This document shows positions 58,221 through 64,000 of a stretch of DNA of 64,000 nucleotides, piece by piece. The translations under genes and the position numbers were made by a program. How positions within the stretch are numbered: the stretch's first letter is position 1; the number at the start of each line of letters is the position of its first letter. Source of the stretch: Salpingoeca rosetta (taxonomy: Eukaryota; Protista; Choanoflagellata); assembly GCA_033442325.1 (NCBI GenBank), contig JAWQFM010000005.1, positions 1,440,872 through 1,504,871 on the forward strand. Direction: 5' to 3'. The notes beneath the pieces are model-generated. The model searched no databases. It was not told the DNA's origin and was given only the letters and a program-made list of their open reading frames with translations.

Positions 58221-60405
58221 GGTTGTTGTTGTCGCAGTTGTGGCGCTGGTGGTGGTGGTGGGCGTGGTGTTGGACGTGGTGCACGAGGTGGTGGTGGTGG
58301 TTGTTGCTGTTGAAGTCAAAGGCGATCGACGATGGGTCGGGCGAACAGATGATAAGTGCAACGATGGATCTGCTGCTGGCGCGTGTGCTGCTGCTGCTCG
58401 GCGATAGTGCTCTTGTTGTTCCTGTGACGGCGTTGTTGCTTCAGCGGTGTGAGCGTGCTGCTGCGAGTGATGGTGATGGCGGTGATGGCAGTGATTGGCT
58501 TGCTGCTGCTGCTGCTGCTGCTGATGGGGCGAAAGGGAGGTTCTTGCTTCTTGTTGTCCTTTGGCGGCTGGTTGACCTGTTTCTTCTTGGCGCTGTTCTC
58601 GTCGCTGCTGCTGTGGTGGATCAGGGTACGGGAGAAACAAAAACTTGATCAGGTGGTAGACGGGGTGGCTCTGGAAAATGGACAACAGGGTGTGCCGGTT
58701 GTGCATTACAATGTGGGGGAGGGGATGCGGGAACGGCTTGGCGTGGGGGGTGTGTGGGGTGTGTGTGTGTGTGGCGCGGGTGCTCAATGCTGATCGTGCT
58801 CCTTTTGTGCTGCAAGTGTGACAGAAGGTGCGTGCATGTGAAAAGGCTAAGTGTGTGTCGGGTTTGGTTGGTGTTTTGATGCGTGAATGATGGTAGGTCG
58901 TGTTGGATGTGTGAGAGCTTTGTGCGTGTGATGAGATGTGTGTGCGTGCGTGCGTGCGTGTGTGTGGTGTGTTGTGCATGCGAAGTGTGTGAGAGAGTGT
59001 GTGTGTGAGAGAGGAGCGAACAACACGCGGAAGCAAGCAACGTAAACAACCCGATGCACAAGCAAGCAATAATTATAGCCACACACAAAGGGGAAAAGCC
59101 TTGCGACAAACACACACACTCAGTCGATTCCAACAGCAAGGGGGGTGCGTGTGTGCATCATGACGGTCTCACATCATCACATTGCTCACGCATGCGTGTG
59201 TGTGTGGTTGTTTGGTTTGTTTGTTGTTCGTGTGCATGGCTCGTGCAGCTGTTGTTGGTGGTGTGTTGATGTGGTTGACGAGATGTGTGTTTGGTTGTTG
59301 TTGCTGCTGCTGATAGGCCGTTTCGTGTCGGTCGCGTCAGCAACCGCCGGCTGCTTGACGAAAATCAACCGAAATCATACACACAAAGCATACATGCCCT
59401 CAAATCATGCGGAACGTCGGCAAGAGAACGAACCAAACGCGCAAGACACAACAACAACAAAAAACCGACTCGGCTGTTCCGTCTGCGCCTCTGCACGTGT
59501 GTCCGTGTGTCTGTAGGTCTGTGTGTTTTGTCTGTTCGTGTCGCACCTCTTGGCGTTGGCATGTGCACGTGTGTCATGGGAGGGTGTGCAGTGCGTGATG
59601 TATGTGTAGTGTGTGTGTAGTGTGCAGTGTGTGTTGTGTGTGGTATCTATGTGTGTCTTTGCTCACACTCTCTCCTCACTCCTTCACTCTCACACACACA
59701 CACACACACAGAGCCTCTGCTGCTTCTCTGCTCGCAGCAGAGCCTTAGAGCAGGCCGCGTGGCTTGTGAAACATCAACCAGCCACCCAGCCACCAGCACC
59801 TAGGCGCGGACAAAACCTATCAACACCCAACATCCAACCTGCCCCCTACCCACTACACCGTTACACACCACACATTGATCAAACAGATTTAACAGCGGCA
59901 AGGCAACAACAACCATAGCAGGTGGCGCGTCCTGCGATCACAACACACACCTTGAACAGCCTGCGTGGTCCACCCCTTGGCACACCCACACACTTTGTGT
60001 TGTGCCACCACAAACGCACACACAAACACACACAAACACACACACACTCTCTCTTTCTGAATGTGCCATGATCAATGTGTGTTGGTTGTAGTTGTGTATT
60101 GCGCGCCTCCACTAGCCGCTAGCCGGAGCGAGGGAAGCGAAGCGGCGGGGGAACAAATAGCATAGTCGTGTACAGTCACGTACGTACATGTGTAGTATGA
60201 ATCTCCATGGCCACTCAACAGCGCGGCAATCAACAATAACACGTACATCATACATGTATCGAGAAGAAGAGAGCATGCACAGCACGCTCAGAACATTATA
60301 AGATACGCCAAGATAAGGTCAAGAACACCCCAGCCAGCAAGTGGATGCGCACCGTCACACCCGATGGCAACAGCCACCAGCACTCGAAACACTCACACAC
60401 ACACA

Positions 60406-60440
<35 letters not shown>

Positions 60441-60454
60441 GAATAATGGATCAA

Positions 60455-61654
60455 TCACCACGAAGGGGCACCGGATGCGACTGGAACATAGTACATCATC
60501 GGGGTTGCATACATGCCAAAGGCCTGCGGCCCAATGGCACCAGCAGTGGGCAGTGCAGGGGTCGTGGAAGAAATACCAGGCATCCCACTGAACTGAGGCA
60601 TCATCATCATGGGTGGCTGCGACGATGCTTGTTGTTGTTGTTGTTGTGGTTGTTGTTGTTGTTGTTGTTGTTGCTGCTGCTGTTGTTGGTTATGGTGGCG
60701 GTGGGCTGACTGCATGGGCTCCGTCGTAGACAAGGGCGTGCTGAAGAACGCGGGGGCTACAGCAGCTGTGGCAGTTGTCGCTGCGGCAGTGACAGGGGTC
60801 TTGCTGCTGCTCACAGAGACCGGTTGCTGCTGCAGCTGGCGCCGGAGCATCGCAGCCGCGGCAAGGCCAGCCGCCAGCCGCCCGGAGGAGTGCAGCTGAA
60901 AAAGCGTCTGGTACAACTGCTGCCGCTGCTGACGAAGGGCCGCCACCTGCTGCTGCAGCGTGTAAGTGTGTTGCTCCTGGTCGGACAGCGCGCGAGACTG
61001 CTGCCTGAGCTTCTGACGCATGGCCATGCGATGCCGCCGCGCAGCGAGCCGGTTCATCTGGCGAAGCCGCCGCTGCCGCTCAGGTGGCAGCTCCTTCATG
61101 CGCTTGCGGCGATACGGCTGCTTGCCGTGGCCGGCCTGCCGCTCCTGCTCCTGCTCCTGGCACGAGCTGTCGTGGTCATCCTCGGCGGTGCTGTGGCCGT
61201 TGCTGCTGAAGCTGGACTTGCGTAGGCACTGGCATTTGGCAGAGGGTGTGGCATGCTCCTGAGACTGTGCGCTCAGGCCGGCGTCCTCCTCGTCAGCCAT
61301 GTCCTCCTGGGACTCTGTGGTGGAGATGGAGTGGGCACTGCTGCGACGTGGGTGGGCCGCGCCGTCGGCGTCGTTGTCGCTGCTGCTCGCGGTAGCATTG
61401 TTGGCGGTGTTGTTGGCGGATGCGCCAACCTCCTTCACATCCTCCGTGATGCTGCACGAGCTCTCTTGGAAGGCAGACGTGTTCCACCAGGAGCCCTCGT
61501 CAATCAGCGGCTGCTGCTTGCCCATGCCTTGCAGCCGGTTCTGAAGCGTGAGCCGTGTCTCCGGGAGCGGGAACGACACATGTACCGGCGCGCCACCATC
61601 GGGTGTCCCAGGCGTCAGCCGCTTGCTGAGCATTTCATTATATGCGTCCGTCAT
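60455..61654 (-). CDS. bZIP transcription factor B, intronless, 399 aa
   Basis: RRKRMKELPPERQRRLRQMNRLAARRHR (canonical N-x7-R), followed by heptad leucines LSDQEQHTYTLQQQVAALRQQRQQL and a poly-Q C-terminus. Confidence 0.88.
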   Translation of the reverse strand: MTDAYNEMLSKRLTPGTPDGGAPVHVSFPLPETRLTLQNRLQGMGKQQPLIDEGSWWNTSAFQESSCSITEDVKEVGASANNTANNATASSSDNDADGAAHPRRSSAHSISTTESQEDMADEEDAGLSAQSQEHATPSAKCQCLRKSSFSSNGHSTAEDDHDSSCQEQEQERQAGHGKQPYRRKRMKELPPERQRRLRQMNRLAARRHRMAMRQKLRQQSRALSDQEQHTYTLQQQVAALRQQRQQLYQTLFQLHSSGRLAAGLAAAAMLRRQLQQQPVSVSSSKTPVTAAATTATAAVAPAFFSTPLSTTEPMQSAHRHHNQQQQQQQQQQQQQPQQQQQQASSQPPMMMMPQFSGMPGISSTTPALPTAGAIGPQAFGMYATPMMYYVPVASGAPSW

Positions 61655-62873
61655 CCTTGCTGAGAATACAGCGATGGAGAAGGAGGAGAGGGAGAGGGAG
61701 AGGGAGAGGTGGCTGCGAATTGCTGCGCGGTGACAGGTCGTCGCAGTCGCTTGCTGTTCCGGTTACTGGTGTTCTTGGTGCAGTTGCTTGGTGGTGTTGT
61801 TGTTGTTTGGGGAAAATGAACCACGATGTCATGAAGAGATCAATTCCACTTGCCAACTTGCGTGGTTGTGTGCATTTGTGTCCCTGCTGCTGCCCTTGCT
61901 CTTCATGGTTTCCTTCCGTGCCCGGATGCAAGACAAACAGTGGTCAGCCACCTCCCACCCGACCGAGACACACAACGCGCCAACTCAACATCGACATGCT
62001 TTTCATCATGGCCCACTCACGAAATCACGGCCTTGTCACTTTTGCCATGTCTTCCACAAATAACCGACAGCCGAAGGGCAATTCGCGAAGACAGGGCGCG
62101 ATGCAATGCGTCGAGGCACTTGCGCGAGGTTGGAGGTGGCAAGGACGCGGGCTGCTTGCACACACTTGAGCTTCGGCAAAGGGGAATGTGCCTTGGTGGA
62201 CATGACGTGGGACGTGATCGCTGCGAAACAACTTGCCGTGACACTCGTTTGGGTATGACATGAGACATAAACGCACCGCATTCCACAATGGCCAGACCAC
62301 ACAACACGACGTCACTCGGCCAGAACACCTGAGAAGGTAAGGTCAAGCAACAGCACTGTGCGGCGACTTGCTGTCCTCCGTAGCTTGCCCTCACTTCCTT
62401 CCCCCAATGCTGGTCGCTTGCATGCATGCCACCTGACGCCATCTGCATGCGCTGCGTCGCACGCCCGCCACCCAACTCGCCAACCACCTTGCACCACCCT
62501 CAACACCACACGCGCACGCAAGCTGCATGGAAGCCTCGGTGACTCAAAAGCCGCCACGAACGTTGGCTGGGCTACACCACACAAACCATGCAACCACACA
62601 ACCACGCAACAATGCCACTGTACTGCAAGCGTCAGCGCCAGTGGAGTGAGCCAGCATGCACACACACGCACGTACAACAGTGCGACGTGCAAATGCCCAG
62701 AACCACGACATACGATACATGTGGCAAGCGATTGCGTGCTGCGTGCAACGACGAAACCAATGCGCAGCCTTGCAGCAGACTGCCACAGGCCTGGCTCTTG
62801 TAGAGGGGTGCAAGCAGTCATCTGGTCATAGGGTCATGTGCGGTGTTCGGACGTCGCATCTTGTGTGGTGCGG

Positions 62874-63020
62874 GAGTGAGTGAGTGAGTGCCATTGAGTG
62901 AGAGAGTGAGTGAGTGAGTGAGTGAGAGAGAGAGAGAGACAGAGAGTGAGTGAGTGAGTGTGTGTGTGTGTGTGAGTGAGTGAGTGAGTGTGTGTGTGTG
63001 TTAAAGACTGAGTGAGTGAG
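62874..63020. repeat. (GAGT)n/(GA)n/(GT)n compound microsatellite
   Basis: Tandem arrays seen directly. Confidence 0.85.
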
Positions 63021-63332
63021 TAAAGTCGACATGTGGGCGAGTGAAGCCATCAGTCACCACCCACCTGCAGGATCAACGACACCCCCTTATCCTCTTTGAA
63101 GTGAGTGTTCATTTATTCGTGTCAACAGCCGATAATGAACACAGCAAACATCAACGCTCAACAACAGCAAGCAGCAGCAGTCGTGTATGATGTGAATGCA
63201 GGCAATCCAGAGTTGCAACAAAAAGAAGAAGAAGAAGAAGGGGGGGAACAAACAAGATACTCAATAGAGGCATGACGCGACGGCACATGCCCACAAGACA
63301 GGCACAGCGCACATGCACACGGAAGCAACCAG

Positions 63333-63364
<32 letters not shown>

Positions 63365-63607
63365 GCTGGAAGAACGTGTGACATGGAAATCGCCATTGGC
63401 ATTGCTGGCGAGTCACAGGACGATAAACAAAGAAGCGTGAATGGCAACGCACATGGGTCAAGAACAACTGCGATCAGCAGGAGAAAAAACAGAAACAAAA
63501 AGGCCAACAGTGCAGCGGGCAACAACTGCAGCAACAGTCACAGGATGGCAAAGCAACAAATAACTGTATTCACATCAGCCATCTCAAACAAAGTTGCGCT
63601 CATGCCT

Positions 63608-64000
63608 TCATTCCGGCACGCTGCTGAAGCTGAAGGCCGTGTTCCTCGCGCCAGTCAGCGGTTTGGTCACGCTGAACGTCGGGGAAGGCGGGACACCACT
63701 GAACCTGCCGCCAAGCCCGTTGCTGCGTTGCTGCGGACGAGCGTTGCTCGGACCAGAAGGCCCATTGGCCGACGTGGTTCGAGGCAGCCCTTGCGGCCCT
63801 GATGAGGTCGCACTCACGGGGCGAGAGCGTGAGTAAATGCTGCTCTGCATGCGGTACTGCACGCGAATCATGTTCAGCTCATCGCTCAGCTCCTCCGTGC
63901 CGTCGTCTTCGGGCAGCAGTGGCGGCGTGTCGGACCCGTCTTGCTCGCCCAGCACAAGGAACGTCTTGATGGTGCCCTTGCCTTTGATCTCAAGGCGCCC
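63608..64000 (-). CDS. 3' end of a second class III (probably guanylate) cyclase, paralogous to the sGC at 47354-51237; the rest lies outside the window
   Basis: GRLEIKGKGTIKTFLVLGEQDGSDTPPLLPEDD...LSDE aligns with GHITIKGKGTMKTFLLLGRQDSNDDPLVPTDDD...VSED from the last exon of the first sGC. Stop at 63608. Confidence 0.82.
   Translation of the reverse strand, partial: GRLEIKGKGTIKTFLVLGEQDGSDTPPLLPEDDGTEELSDELNMIRVQYRMQSSIYSRSRPVSATSSGPQGLPRTTSANGPSGPSNARPQQRSNGLGGRFSGVPPSPTFSVTKPLTGARNTAFSFSSVPE

Noticed and set aside
58221-59069. N-terminal extension of the SERTA-like ORF to 416 aa
   Set aside because: It is made of CA/CAA/CAG simple repeats and contains an acceptor-like site near 58612; more likely 5' UTR plus intron.
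60829-60861. Two CNGCNG motifs (CCGCGGC and CTGCAGC) exactly 26 nt apart just after the bZIP-B zipper, resembling the XBP1 IRE1 intron
   Set aside because: The flanks do not form the paired stems needed for IRE1 loops, and CNGCNG is very common in this CAG/GCG-rich ORF. RNA-seq under ER stress could revisit this.

Overview
Intron-rich, GC-rich eukaryotic genomic DNA with (CA)n/(TG)n microsatellites in most introns. It is most likely a choanoflagellate such as Salpingoeca rosetta (inferred from gene content and repeat style, not verified). Most entries in the ORF track are microsatellite artefacts (HTHT/CVCV), so I rebuilt the genes by joining GT-AG exons by eye. The first ~47 kb is a compact block of mostly housekeeping genes in head-to-head pairs: APC2(-)/SERINC(+), a secreted CCP-like + TNFR-Cys + PA14-like mosaic protein(-)/VPS13A-C-like(+), ICT1-type peptidyl-tRNA hydrolase(-)/DUS1(+), and ER alpha-1,2-mannosidase(-)/SEC61 gamma(+), followed by MRPS33(-). 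The last ~17 kb is a gene-sparse signalling/regulatory cluster: H-NOX soluble guanylate cyclase(-), bZIP-A(+), a small SERTA-like ORF(-), bZIP-B(-), and the 3' end of a second, paralogous cyclase(-). The best candidates for novelty are this sGC-bZIP-SERTA-like cluster, the TNFR-Cys/PA14 secreted lectin-like protein, and a TGACG/UPRE-rich bidirectional promoter shared by two ER genes. Two likely assembly problems are flagged: the N-gap at 1340-1446 and the DUS1/mannosidase junction near 39.9 kb.
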